A stretch of 63,834 nucleotides of DNA, the filler included, from Octopus bimaculoides (lineage: Eukaryota): the NCBI RefSeq assembly GCF_001194135.2. It is 7 parts of 6 records of this genome, joined end to end, with 100 filler letters (N's around TTAATTAATTAA, not from the genome) between each part and the next. Parts side by side here need not be neighbours in the genome. Positions count along the whole stretch, not along the records: positions 1 to 16,873 come from NC_068983.1; 6 more parts are not named here. One strand, written 5' to 3'. Positions 1-13,679 of this stretch are shown here, piece by piece. The notes under the pieces are model-generated. The model worked only from the letters and a program-made list of their open reading frames with translations. It was not told the origin of the DNA and searched no databases. Numbering within the stretch: the first letter of the stretch is position 1; the number at the start of each line of letters is the position of its first letter. The translations under genes and the position numbers were made by a program.

Positions 1-244
1 GTGGTTTTATGGGTTTTTCCACGTGTAACCTTTCCTTTTTCGAAGCGCCTCCCCCTTCGGGGGTTTCTACTTATTTATTTATCTATTTATTTATCTATTT
101 ATTCATTATATCTTTCTCCGTTTTCTTCCTCTGTTTACACGAACTTTCCTACCTTTTCGGACAAAACCTTTTGTAACCTTCGTCCTGTCTTTGTCCTTAT
201 ATGTTTTTAATTGACATTAGCCCTTGTGGCCAATAAAACGAATT
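1..244 (+). mobile_element. 3' end of a non-LTR retroelement (LINE-like 3' UTR)
   Basis: Pyrimidine-rich tract ending TTAGCCCTTGTGGCCAATAAAACGAA followed by an (ATT)n tail. The same tail is found on the SINE at 3536-3769. Confidence 0.55.
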
Positions 245-245
245 A

Positions 246-286
<41 letters not shown>

Positions 287-298
287 CATTATTATTAT
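245..298. repeat. (ATT)n microsatellite shared as tail by two tail-to-tail retroelements
   Basis: Direct reading of the sequence. Confidence 0.95.
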
Positions 299-545
299 TC
301 ATTGTCTTTATACAGCTTCTAACGCTGGAGATGTACTACGGTACCAGGTGTTCACTACGAGTGAACTAATGTAACACCCCTTATTTTTCGAGCACCATCC
401 GGAGTATTCAGCGGATTCAAGCAGTGCTGTTTTCTGCAAGTGCTTCACCCTTATTGCAGCCCCTATTTGATTCATGTACTTCTCAAGATTTTTACTTACT
501 GTTCCCAGGGCTGCGATAATCATTGGTATTACTACCACCTTTTTC
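299..545 (-). mobile_element. R4/Dong-type (restriction-like endonuclease) non-LTR retrotransposon, 5'-truncated 3' end
   Basis: KKVVVIPMIIAALGTVSKNLEKYMNQIGAAIRVKHLQKTALLESA then frameshifted ILRMVLE matches the PxIIGALG...LQKxALLGTARILRxVL C-terminus. Ends in (AAT)n. Confidence 0.8.
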
Positions 546-747
546 AGCGTTGGTATCCAGGGTCGTGCTATAAGCGCACAGGATTCCTTGGGTGAGGTTC
601 AAAGGTTCCAGGCATCGTCATTTTCTGGTGATTGCGGAATTTTATTTTGAGAAGTTTTAAATTAGTTCATGTCATGACCTGCCGCTTGAAAGGTGTGAAA
701 TGGCAGGCTGACAGAATTCATGTAGCATCGTAGAAAGAGGCAAATAT

Positions 748-760
748 TGAATTAACAGCC

Positions 761-813
<53 letters not shown>

Positions 814-832
814 CAGAGAGACAGAGACAGAG
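748..832. repeat. (AGAGAC)n compound microsatellite
   Basis: Direct reading of the sequence. Confidence 0.9.
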
Positions 833-1139
833 CCAACATGCAGTCTCCAAGCTACTTCCAGTAGGATGGCGATGGTGTTGGTAGAAGTGGTAATGGGACA
901 GTATGTGTTCTGTCAGCAGGATGTAAACGCTGTCGCATATTAGTAGCTGTAGTAGTAGTAGTAGTAGTAGCAGTAACACCAACAATAGCAGCAGTAGTAG
1001 AGCGATCAGGAAGCAAAAGAAGAATCACACCATTGCGGTCAGCAGAGGTCAAATGTGTTTACTACTACAGGTGCCCAATGAGAGGGCTGACCTTGGCCTT
1101 GTTTTGTTTTAATTACGAATAGAAAAAATAGCAATAATG

Positions 1140-1481
1140 ATACACACACATATACATACATACATACATACATACATATGTAATACATACATACGTACAT
1201 ACATACATATGTAATACATACATACGTACATACATACATACAAACATACATACATACATACATACATACATACGTACATACATTCCGTTGTCTGTAGTTT
1301 ATTGTTCTAACGTCCTGTACCCTGATATGCATGTATATACACATGTAGATGTAAGTATGTACATATATGTGTGTATACATGTATATATATTCTTTGTATT
1401 ATTACATACATACATACATACATAATGCATACATACATACGTACATACATACATACACACATGCATACATCCATCCATACA

Positions 1482-1515
<34 letters not shown>

Positions 1516-1525
1516 CATACATACA
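1140..1525. repeat. (TACA)n compound microsatellite
   Basis: Direct reading; source of several spurious MYVC/HTYI ORFs. Confidence 0.95.
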
Positions 1526-1844
1526 AGGCTTAGAAGGCAGCTCCTTGAGCAACTTTCTTTGTCTGATAACCTAGAATACATACCCAAAGAAGTCGAGTAC
1601 TTTTTGGTTATCTCACCCCCATTAAAAATTGAGTTATCTCCTCACGTTTTACGAGAAATATCGGTACTTTTGATTATCTTTCTCAACAAAAAAAAAAATT
1701 GTCTAACCTCCAATAAAACAAAACAAAACAAAAAAAATGAAAAAAATAATAAACAGGAAAACAACAAATTAAACATCCTATTGAATCTGATAACATTTTT
1801 ATAACAAATCATACCGTGCCTATTGAAGAAGCCAAACGTCAACA

Positions 1845-2003
1845 ATATGTTACGTTCTGAGTTCAAATTCCGCCGAGATCGACTTTGCCTTTTATCCTTT
1901 TGGGGTCGATAAATTAAGTACCAGTTGCGTACTGGGGTCGATCTAATCGACTGACCACCTCTCCCAAAATTTCAGGCCTTGTGCCTAGAGTAGAAAAGAA
2001 TAT
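1845..2003 (+). mobile_element. tRNA-derived SINE family A (body GTCGATAAATTAAGTACCAG), partial
   Basis: B-box-like GAGTTCAAATTCC, conserved body, tail CAAAATTTCAGGCCTTGTGCCT; more than 15 related copies in the window. Confidence 0.85.
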
Positions 2004-2065
2004 TCTGAAGTATTGAATCAAAAGGATCTAACTCTTTTACTGCAATCTCCTGTCGCTACATTAAC

Positions 2066-2365
2066 TCGATGCGGACTTAGTGGAATTCACACTGAAGATA
2101 TGATCCACATCATAAGCAGTTGTCGGAAAATGTCATCATAGTATTATCTACCGATGAGACATGACGTTGTTATTAGGACACTATAATGAAATCCGTCGGA
2201 ACGATAATCCCGATGATTAAGAAATAAAAAGACACATTATGGTAGAAGTCATAGCCACTCATAATGGAAAGGAATACTGGTGGAATGTACCAGTGAAAAG
2301 TTCAATAAAATGTAAGCACAACACACCTAATATAATGATTAGGGATTGAGAAGAGAAACTGAAAA
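2066..2365 (+). mobile_element. Decayed RLE-type non-LTR retrotransposon ORF (zinc knuckle and endonuclease)
   Basis: RCGLSGIHTEDMIHIISSCRKMSS*YYLPMRHDVV (CCHC knuckle plus RHD motif), then YWWNVPVKSSIKCKHNTPNIMIRD*EEK (degenerate HNRPD..D motif). Contains stops and a frameshift. Confidence 0.8.
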
Positions 2366-2716
2366 GGACTGTGCTAGATTGAGATCGTTCGATGTCACTT
2401 TTGGCTGCCGGAATCTCAGGTTACAGAGAACCATTTCGTGGTCGGCAAGAAGAGCCTGTATTTCCACTGGATATTGTGGCTAATGTTAGTGTGATCTCTG
2501 TTGAATCTCTTTGGCACGAGCACGATTTGGTATAGGGAAGATTTATTGAACACACATATATGTCTATATGAGTGTGTGCCTGTGGTGTAATAAGTGTAAA
2601 TTAATCTAACGGCATATTATAATTACATAGAAATGCAATACAATCGAATAAACAAGTGTTTGTGCAGGAGTTCTCTGTGTATGTATGCGCGCGTTGTTTG
2701 ACAGAGAGAGAGAGAA

Positions 2717-2747
<31 letters not shown>

Positions 2748-2888
2748 TGTGAATGGTACATTGTTTGAGTCAATATATATGCATATATCTTCTGTAGGAC
2801 ATCAATCTTCCAAGGCGCGAGAAAAGATCGGGGTCATATTTCTAAGGAAACATAACCAACAATTCGTTAATTGCTTTGCTGTTTCCGG

Positions 2889-2993
<105 letters not shown>

Positions 2994-3535
2994 GTTTTAG
3001 AACATATGTTTTTGATTTACACTATGGAATAGAAATTACACTTGAACTTCCGGTCATTGGTATATATTGATTGATGTTGATTACTTAGATATCGGATTCA
3101 TTCAAATCTTTATATTTTATTACAACCAATTTGTCCTTGTCAAAGTGTGCTGTATCAGGATTCGATCTGGTCACGCACTGCCGTCGAACTAATTATTCTA
3201 ATATCTGACATAAAACATGGTACGAAGGGAGTATATTTAAAATTAGTATGTACGCATCGTCAAAGTTGTTCTTGGGTTATCATTCCTTTCTACATGCAAT
3301 ACACCCAGTGTTCTGACTCACTCTATTAGTTTTCACACAGATACAATATCAGTTGGCCAGAGTTGAATGCTTTTTACTTTTCCAGTTAAACCAGTAATAC
3401 ATTTCTATGCCAAGTGAATCAAATCTACGCGATTGCTTTGATTCATGCTTCAAGTTGTTTCACTTAGCCGTCAAAATAAGACAGATAATTCTTTACTTCG
3501 TTAGCACTAAATATTATATGATAAGTAGGATATCT

Positions 3536-3769
3536 CCTTATTTCTTTATTGCCCACAAGGGGCTAAACATAGAGAGGACAAACAAGGACAGACAAAGGGA
3601 TTAAGTCGATGACATCGACCCCAGTGCGTAACTGGTACTTAATTTATCGACCCCGAAAGGATGACAGGCAAAATCGACCTCGGCGGAATTTGAACTCAGA
3701 ACGTAACGGCAGACGAAATACCGCTAGGCATTTCGTCCGACGTATTAACGTTTCTGCCAGCTCGCCGCC
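3536..3769 (-). mobile_element. SINE family A, full-length, with alternative LINE-like tail
   Basis: Head GGCGGCGAGCTGGCAGAAACG; CpG-rich body; tail TTTAGCCCCTTGTGGGCAATAAAGAAA. Confidence 0.9.
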
Positions 3770-3919
3770 CTGGTAAACCAGAATGGCAGTGCTGTTTCAA
3801 TTTCCAATTGATGCCCTTTCGAATTGTTGCTGTTATTTATTCTGAAGACAGGCCTAATATAGGGCATCTCTAATGAAACATGTACCAGCTTTGACCATGT
3901 CATCTTTTGCTTTAGGTAC

Positions 3920-4270
3920 CATTAGCAAAGAAGACTTTTACGGATATGAGGAGCATTTTTGCTATTGAAGTGCTACTATTGAAGTGCTACATCTGGTCGG
4001 TGCTAACGTATGGATGTGAGTCTTGGACAACGGAATGTAGAAGATGATGGAATGGAACGTTACATGGTGGAGACTGAGATGCAGGGAAGGAGAGAGAGAG
4101 AGAGAGAGGAAGGCAGAGAATGAAGATGTTCAACAGGATGAAGAAGAGAATGAACGTGCAGAACGATTAAGATCTGGGTGATGTTGCGAGAGACAGAAAT
4201 AAATGGAGGAGGAACAAGCCAGGATTCGTCAATGGCATGAATATGCCATGATACAAGAGATGATGACCAA
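3920..4270 (+). mobile_element. Decayed RTE-clade LINE 3' fragments
   Basis: AKKTFTDMRSIF, LLKCYIWSVLTYGCESWTT (3976-4032) and DLGDVARDRNKWRR (4171-4212) match RTE ORF C-terminal motifs. Confidence 0.75.
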
Positions 4271-7200
4271 GGAACACACTATCCAATATATCTTTCTTTA
4301 TGTCGTGTAACATTAGATATGATTTGAGAGATATTTGAATATTAGGTTACGCTTTTTAGCAGGGTAAGCAATCGAGCAGGCATACGTTTAAGATCAAGTT
4401 ATCCAGTTAAATTCTATGGTAGTATGCTTGAATTGCAACAAGCAGTGTAAAGTTCAATGACATGTCTAATAAGGTGGGTAGAATCCATTTGGATGGTCAC
4501 TAAAACATACAAAGAAAGGTTCAAACTTGATGACGAACAAATAGCAACACGAAAAGAACGAAGATGAGAATGCGATAGTTTAAATCAAGTCATACTGGAA
4601 ATGATTGAGAGAAGAAAGAAGTTCCATGCTCGCGAGAAGAACCTTAGAACTATGTATGATTGTATGTTTGTATGTTTGTGTGTGAATGTATAAGACCACT
4701 GTATACGGCACTGCATGTAGGCTATGTGCGTGTGCAGCTGGTTTTCTTTCAGGACGTGTGTGTTGACACTCAGAAAATAGAAATGTCTTTGATAACTCGA
4801 TTAATAAGACCTCTTCTGGAAGACAGATTGAAAAAAGAGTAGAAAAATAAGTAAATATGAGATCTTATTAAATCCCTTAAAAATGAGTTAAATATCACTC
4901 AAACAATACACCTTTTTTAAATATAATTTTTCTGCTTAGGTCAATAAAAGGCAGAAACATTTAGTTTAATATATCTTTATATTTCAATTCAAAATTATAT
5001 TGAATGAAGTATCTTCCTCTACTTGAGAGTCGCTAATAATAATACCGTAAATGTACATGAATCTATTCAAACTGAAAGTTTTATCAAAATATATAAAACT
5101 GCATCATGTTTAAAACAAATTCACTATTGATTAATATATAATGTATACTCTAACAATCATATTTACATCTTACTAGGATCACACATCTTTCAACTGATAT
5201 TTTTATAGAGTCATTTTCACAGCTTGAATATTAATATTAATCTTATTTCGAAATCTATTTCGATTTTCTATATTTTACGTTTGCTTTTGTAATTGATTTA
5301 TACAGCGATGATTTTGGCGCTTGGAGGATGCCATAAGTGAAATTTACAACAATAGAATATTTGTTTGTTGAAAAATAATTGCCTATTTTCTCGCATATAG
5401 ATTATTATTTAAAGAGATTATAATGAGCTAAATTCTTAATAGATATAGTAATCAATTTCTTTTATTCAATATTTAGGAAATTACTTCTGAATCTGACAAA
5501 AGAATTAGAAGGTTGTTAAGACACCTAACACAAAAATAATTCACACTTTCGTTACTGGACGTAGCATTTAAGAATGCAGTCACGTAAGTATGGGAATAAA
5601 TATTATCATTAGAATGGTTCGTCTATAATTTAGTTCTAAATAGATCTTTTGTTTTTAAATATTGCCAAAACAAATATTGTTTTAATACATCATGAGCATA
5701 TTTTCAATTGCCAAATCATAACAGTAAACCGTAGGGGTCAAACGTGGCTAAGACATCATCTGCTGCATATCACTTCAGCACTTGAAGTATGCGTGCCTAA
5801 GCAACATGTTGGATATTGCCTTACTCTCCTCTTATGCTACACTGCTAGTGGTTGTGTTTACTCCGGGTAATCTGACCCAAACTCAGTCTTTACATGTTTC
5901 TTAAACATGCATATACGTTCACAATATTAGATAGCCTCTACCTTTCCTAAATACGACTTCCTTCTACCATATTTTGTTTTTCCCTGCGCAGTGTCTAAAA
6001 ACGAAACTCCTTATCAAGCAGACTGGGCGCGATTGCAACTTTCATCACTGGTTTACATCTTACCAGTAGCTCTCACGAGCAACCCTATTTAAAACACGGC
6101 ATGACAACATTTACATCAGAATAGACTTATCGCAAAACCTGATTCGAAGGAATCAAATTTATGTCAATTATATGAAAATGTCTCGAAAATTTCAACCTGT
6201 TACATTTCAATGTATATAAACACCCATGAACATTTCGAATATATGCTTTTTTATAGGATGGTATTTCATCTGAGAGCATCCAAACCTCAGCAGAAAACTT
6301 TTGTCCATTTTATTGAGATCGAGTTTTAATATGTTGCTAAGGAGTAATACGTATGAAAACGGATGTCTTAGGTATCCATACAAAGCAAATGTGTTGATAT
6401 AAATGAGGTACTAAAATAAAGGGTTGGGAGGAGATGATTCGCATGTATCACATCAACTCTACTACTTATTCCTTGAACAGGGCACCACCGAAACATAGAA
6501 TTCATCTCAATAGGCATACCGTAATGATCACTGCTTAATCGGAGAATGTTTAGTAAGTTTGCTGAGTTCAGATATCCTTCTAGACAGAGAAAACCAAAGG
6601 GGTATTCACTAGTTTTCTCTGCAATTCCAACAATACAATATTGTATATTTTTTACAGATATCTCGACAACTACATACGGTATGGTATTATACACAATCTT
6701 CGAGGAAGCACATAATCTGACTAGGAAAACACAACTTGCTCGCATAACTTGATAGAAGTGGTAACATGGCCTCTGCCAAATTACATACCCCCGTCTCTTA
6801 AAATATTAAAACAGTTTTGTTTGATAAAGTAAGACAATAATAATTTAGGCTTGCAATAGAGTGTGATCTCAGTTCAGCGGTGGCTTAATCGACTCCTTTG
6901 TGCTTATATTTTTATACAATGTAAGAACATTTATTTAATAAATACACGATACACCTATATATATATATATATATNNNNNNNNNNNNNNNNNNNNNNNNNN
7001 NNNNNNNNNNNNNNNNNNNNNNNNNNNNNNNNNNNNNNNNNNNNNNNNNNNNNNNNNNNNNNNNNNNNNNNNNNNNNNNNNNNNNNNNNNNNNNNNNNNN
7101 NNNNNNNNNNNNNNNNNNNNNNNNNNNNNNNNNNNNNNNNNNNNNNNNNNNNNNNNNNNNNNNNNNNNNNNNNNNNNNNNNNNNNNNNNNNNNNNNNNNN

Positions 7201-9000
7201 NNNNNNNNNNNNNNNNNNNNNNNNNNNNNNNNNNNNNNNNNNNNNNNNNNNNNNNNNNNNNNNNNNNNNNNNNNNNNNNNNNNNNNNNNNNNNNNNNNNN
7301 NNNNNNNNNNNNNNNNNNNNNNNNNNNNNNNNNATATATAGAGAGAGAGAGAGAGAGAGAGCTATGCATACATAGTTACATTAACAAACATCTCCATATC
7401 CACTGCAGTTGTATATCGCTCTTTCAAAGAAAATTATCCATGTCTTTACTTCATATAATCTATCTAACCACGCATAGCTAATTACATTCGCCCCAGGTTG
7501 CAAGTTAATTAAACAGTTGTCAAGTACAAGTGTAAGAATACTTTGAATAAGCATATCTTGAATGTAGCTACTATATGCGTCGATGAAGGAGCCTCTCTGT
7601 GGCGCTGTAAGAAATAGTGGCCAAATCTTCCTCAAATCATATTCTACCGTCTTAAAAAGAGTTACATCCGATAATGTTATCCGGCGTACATTGCATACAT
7701 CAGAATATAATGTTAATTTTTGAAACGTCTTTGATCATTGGCTTGCACGACTAGAGCAGAACTAAGGCTAAACTGTAACACTTGTCCTATATACAATGAT
7801 AATCTAATTATTAATTATTGTTAACAACATGCCTAATGTCTTTAAGAAAGGTCATCTCTAAGCAGTGGTTGAACATGTTTAAAATAGTAGCTAAATGTCT
7901 CTCATATCCTTCCATAGCACTTTCAGCTAACCAAGAAATCTCCGCACGGTCCCTTGACTTTCTAAAAGTAGCTCTGAAATCTTCCTGAAATCACAATCTT
8001 AAAAGCAAAGACAAGAACATAGTGCTGTAGTAGAAACATTAAGTGTAAAATAAAAGTATGCACTTGCGCTATATCCACTACTAGAATACCATTGAACATG
8101 TCTGTTCAACCATGTCCAACTAAAGGTAAAACAACACCAATGAGCGCGACCAAATCATGGTATCTATTATTTGTATGTTGTCTAACAATTCCCAATCATG
8201 GTCCTGGAACACAGCACCACTACAATGAAGTCAATGCAAACAGTGTGTTGTACAGCTCATTGGCCAACACTGTATCCACTATGCCAACAAAAGCTCTCGT
8301 AACATATTGGAATAAATCTGAAATTTATGGAAATTAATCTGTTTATTGATTCAATAAATTCTAGCTAACAGCCAACACTCTGCTGAATGTCTTTCCGCTT
8401 TAAAGTATTTCAAAAATAGTTATTACTGTCAAGTTGTTCATCTAGAAAAATTATATTCCTCTAATATATTGTGTAAATATTTGACAGTGAGCACTATAAC
8501 AGAGTGATAATTGTCAACACGTAAACATACAGAACAATTTGATGCAAGGATGGAGAGAAAGTGACAACGGAAAATATGGGGTTGATAGAAGAGACGGGGA
8601 AAAATAACTAAAAAATATAACGGTATAAAAAGGCTTATTTAAGAAAGAAGTGAAAGAAAGAAGAGTTAGATGCATATACAGATGTATAGGTTTATAACTT
8701 GAGTATATGCATGAGAGAGTGTGTGCGTGTGTCTATACATAGACGTATATATGTACACACCAATAACTCACATATACACATCTATGTTCTTATCTTATAC
8801 ACATATTCAAATAAATCTATACATAGATTCATTTATTACAAGCAGTCTCTAAATATAGACTACTATGTAGTTTAGCTTCTCTGTCTTTCATTTGTACTCT
8901 CGCTTTCTCTCTCTTTCTCTCAAAATCTATCTACCTAATATATGTACGTGTGCGTGCGCGCGTTTGTGGATATATATNNNNNNNNNNNNNNNNNNNNNNN

Positions 9001-9055
<55 letters not shown>

Positions 9056-11104
9056 TATATAGATTGAAATAGAGATAGAGAGATAGATAAATAGATAGGT
9101 AGATTTATAGATCTATAGATAGATATCACAAACTAAATGTATCAAAAGAAGTGTATATTTTGATACTAACTAATTGGATGCAATATTTCTAACAATACAT
9201 ATACATATATTTCTCTAGCTAAGGCATCTCTCCCAGCACGCTCGCACATACACAATTATATGTACAAACACTCACACATACATCCCTGCACACAGTTATA
9301 TATGTGTATTTATGTATGTGGGTAGGTGTCTGTGTTTGTGTGGGTGCATTTGATTTAGCTTTCTGTTGGTCCATTAGGAAAATGTGGGTTGTTGGCAAAA
9401 ATGTTTCTTTTTGAATGGAGTTCTACAGTAACACGTCAACAAAGAACCTTTGACTCTCTAAATGCAAATTGAAAAAAGATACTCCATAAATCTACAGCTG
9501 AGATTTTTATTTCCTTTAATATGTGGTAATCAATAAATCGTATATTTTATGGAGGTGTGATAAAAAAATAGTTGTTTTAAATTATTGAGAAGTATCAGTC
9601 CTTTTAGAATATTCATTTCCGACATAAAATCTTAAAGAATTGATTTCTTATCACTAAACATATGTCCACAATTGTTGCTAGAAAACATTGTTATTAGTCA
9701 CTAGAATTGGACACAGGGGAAAATGAAGGCAAGAATATTTGTTATTTGTAACTATTAAGTGAATTAGGAAGAGTATTCTGCGGATGGTACCAAGAGCGAA
9801 ATGTACGGTTTTGTGAGTTTGGATTGGATTCAGCTGACTGGACTTTGGGCAAGTGTTCTATACAATTGTCTCTGGTCGACCCAAGTTGTGTGGCAGAAAC
9901 TGTGTGGAGGTCCGAGACAGGGACCATGTCTCTTTTTCAAAGGTTCGTTGTAAACCACTGCCCGGTTTAACACCACTGCACCGGTATTTGAAGACTTTAT
10001 GACATACATTCAGCTTGTCAATAATTTCCAGCTTTCTTCCCATAAATGTCTGAGGACGTGACAATGCTCATGGACACGTCTTGACTTTCTCTCACGAAGT
10101 TATATAAAACCACTGCAATCAGTCTCATCAGCGTAGAAAATTTACCTGATATCCAAATCTATGCATGAAGACATCCCAGAAAGCTAAAAGAAACATGCCT
10201 TCATGCAAACTACAGTTTGCGACCGCACATTCTGTTTGTCATGCGTTGTAGTCTTATATTAAAACAAATAAAGTCTCACTTTAGTGAATTCTCTATCCCA
10301 AACTCTACCCTAATTTATCCAGACGGTGAAAAAGAGTTAAAAATCTATCTACAAGTATTTCTCAGAATCTAAATTACATGTTCTGCATGCAGACACAAGC
10401 AATCTTGTGTTTATCCAACAATGACCTCTAATGCGTGAACAGTTCTCTATGTTTGACAGCTTATTCACTCGTTAGTTGATGCGCTAAAGAACCAAAATGT
10501 TTATTTTTATATCTTCAAATATCTCCCTCTGCAAGTTAATGATATAGGTCAAAAACCTATTTTCGGTAAAAAAAAAAAATTGAAATACCTGTCTTCTCAT
10601 AACAACTTTAATCCCTCTGTGACCACCATAGCAATTTCCAGATAGCTATTGTAAATTGAAGTACGAAGATATGAAATAAGATCTCCAGGTTAGACATCTA
10701 ACTTAGTTCATTAGAAATTATCAATATGGAGTAGAGATAGACTGAATAAAGTATATACTACGACGACATGCCCACTCTAGCTGCTACACATTTTTCTTTT
10801 ATCTTCTGTGTACAAGTGCAAAAGGATAGGCTTTCACTCCTCTTTAAATAAGAATCTCAGAGTATTACGCAAAGAAAAATTTAAAAACAAACAAAAACAA
10901 TCATCAAAACTAATGATGTATGAAATTAATCCAAGCAACCGATTCTCTGCTAATCATAGAAAAGATTTCTCCTTTGATCAATTACAATATTGAGAGGGTT
11001 ACGAAACCACTAAACGATCTGATAAAAACATAAGCCACCACACTTTCTTTATATAATAACTTACTGCTTTTCAGAAAAAGGAGTAGAAAATGCTTCATAT
11101 TGCC

Positions 11105-11300
11105 CTAATACTTTCTACTATAGGCACAAGGCCTGAAATTTTGGTGGAGGGGGATAGTCGATTACATCGACTCCAGTGCGCAACTGGTACTTATCTCATC
11201 GACCCCGAAAGGATGATTAGCAAAGTCCGACTTCGGCGGAATTTGAACTCAGAACGTAGCTGCATTTCGCCCGGCGTGCTAAAGATTCTGCCAGCTCTTC
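11105..11300 (-). mobile_element. SINE family A
   Basis: Same body and CAGGCCTTGTGCCT tail; CpGs retained. Confidence 0.85.
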
Positions 11301-12355
11301 ACCTTTCAATTAATCCAAATCACATAGTGTTATGAAAGACACAGAGATGAAACGGAATCATTTCGAGAAACACGTTTGTGTTCTCAAGTCAACATCGTGT
11401 TAAGGTTGACTTGTGGTTAAACAGCAACGATAATCTTAAACAATATACAGCTAACATTAGATTTCAATTTAAATTCAATGTTTAAAACTCTTTGATAATC
11501 TCTCAAGACAGCTAATCATTTTCGGTGACAAACTCTCAAGACAGCTAAATACTCTTTGAATATTACAGAAAGAATTAAAAAAAAAAAAATCAAAGCTAAT
11601 AACGTACGAAATACATCATTAATTTTGATAATTTTTTAGTGAAGCAGAGACTGTCTCACAAAAATAGAGCTGTTTGCATGGAGTTAAATAAAGCTACAGT
11701 TCGGAACAACACCTATAAAATACAGGACAACATCTCTTCAATCGAATATAGCAAAACTCCCTGAAATTATCATAGCACTTTAGTAGTAAAAAGCACAGTA
11801 GGTAATGTAATTATAGATACATTATATCCGAATTTCATTTAAAACAATTGAGACTTCCATGCCTCGAACATCTTGCGTCAAAATGGCAAGAACAACCGCC
11901 ACAACACTTCGTTTCCTCTAAATGGAAGATGTAAATGCAGGTCTCACATTTAACAACCTATACATATTTACGATCTTTGACTTGGAAAATGTTTATAACA
12001 TAATTTCTATTAATTTAACGCCACCAACTCCTAGAATGTAGACACGAGAAGTCTTGGAATATTCTTGACAAATTTAAGACTGTCACAAGTAATCGTCTAC
12101 CTGACATGCTTTGAAGGAATTTCGCGAACTTAATCAACTTCTAATGAGGGGAATTTACTTGAAAATATCATTCAATAATTGCTAATTCAGCTGAACACGC
12201 ATTGCAATACATACATACAAACATACATACATATATGCACACAATTATATACATGCATATATATCGACACATACACAAAAACAAATGTATACACACACAC
12301 ACACATATATATATGTATGTATGTATATATGTGCATAAATATATATGTATATGGG

Positions 12356-12788
12356 CAGGCTCTCCGTCAGTTGCGACGACAAGCATTCCAGTTGATACGA
12401 TAAATGCAACAACCTGTTCGCGAAACAAACGAGTGAGCACTCCGCAGAAACACGTACCTTTGACGTTGTTCTCAGAGAGATTCAGCGTGACACAGAGTAT
12501 GACAAGGCTGACTCATTCAATTAGAGATAAAACACATTTTTACCAGATGAATAGACTTGAGCAACGGGAAAAAATAAAATGGCATTCTCAAGGACACAGC
12601 GCGCCGCTGGGATCTAACTCAGTACCTAACGATTCATTCTGTGTCACGCTGAATCTCGCTGAAAACTACGTTAAGAGTGTGTTTGTCTGTAGAGTCTTTA
12701 ATCACTTTCACGTTAATTACACAAGCAGGCTGTTCTCTTGATCGTATCAACTGGAACACTCGTCGCCGTAATCGACGGAGAGCCCCCT

Positions 12789-12790
<2 letters not shown>
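12356..12790. mobile_element. Head-to-head composite of a minus-strand SINE and a plus-strand family C tail
   Basis: Both arms match the 3' half of the 20423-20810 SINE (GTCACGCTGAATCTC...CAACTG); flanked by (TA)n. Confidence 0.75.
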
Positions 12791-12827
<37 letters not shown>

Positions 12828-13679
12828 NNNNNNNNNNNNNNNNNNNNNNNNNNNNNNNNNNNNNNNNNNNNNNNNNNNNNNNNNNNNNNNNNNNNNNNNN
12901 NNNNNNNNNNNNNNNNNNNNNNNNNNNNNNNNNNNNNNNNNNNNNNNNNNNNNNNNNNNNNNNNNNNNNNNNNNNNNNNNNNNNNNNNNNNNNNNNNNNN
13001 NNNNNNNNNNNNNNNNNNNNNNNNNNNNNNNNNNNNNNNNNNNNNNNNNNNNNNNNNNNNNNNNNNNNNNNNNNNNNNNNNNNNNNNNNNNNNNNNNNNN
13101 NNNNNNNNNNNNNNNNNNNNNNNNNNNNNNNNNNNNNNNNNNNNNNNNNNNNNNNNNNNNNNNNNNNNNNNNNNNNNNNNNNNNNNNNNNNNNNNNNNNN
13201 NNNNNNNNNNNNNNNNNNNNNNNNNNNNNNNNNNNNNNNNNNNNNNNNNNNNNNNNNNNNNNNNNNNNNNNNNNNNNNNNNNNNNNNNNNNNNNNNNNNN
13301 NNNNNNNNNNNNNNNNNNNNNNNNNNNNNNNNNNNNNNNNNNNNNNNNNNNNNNNNNNNNNNNNNNNNNNNNNNNNNNNNNNNNNNNNNNNNNNNNNNNN
13401 NNNNNNNNNNNNNNNNNNNNNNNNNNNNNNNNNNACTGGAGCACCGTGAAGAAATAAAATGACTTCTCAGGATCAAACTCAGTATCTAACTATTCATTCT
13501 ATCTCACGCTGAATCCAACTGAAAACTGCATTAAGGTACTCCTATACCTATTATTTTTTTTTAATATTTGACATGGCTCGACTGAATCCAAATATGTAAG
13601 CAAACGATTCCGCTCAGTAAATTGAACCAGCCTAATTACTGCAACTAAAAGAATGCAAATTTCTTTTGTCTAAAAAACT

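Noticed and set aside
1523-1650. TACAAGG start resembling a mariner terminal repeat
   Set aside because: No partner repeat or transposase motif found.
6368-6745. 125-aa ORF as a single-exon gene
   Set aside because: No recognisable domain; only the internal 60-nt exon candidate was kept.
7381-7635. ORF ending SGYGDVC, reminiscent of the K+ channel GYGD filter
   Set aside because: Lacks the preceding TxxTxG pore helix, stops two codons later, and lies downstream of the SK C-terminal exons.
11860-11960. FPLNGRC motif faintly like the Penelope CPLxGxC linker
   Set aside because: Too short, with no adjoining RT or GIY-YIG frame.
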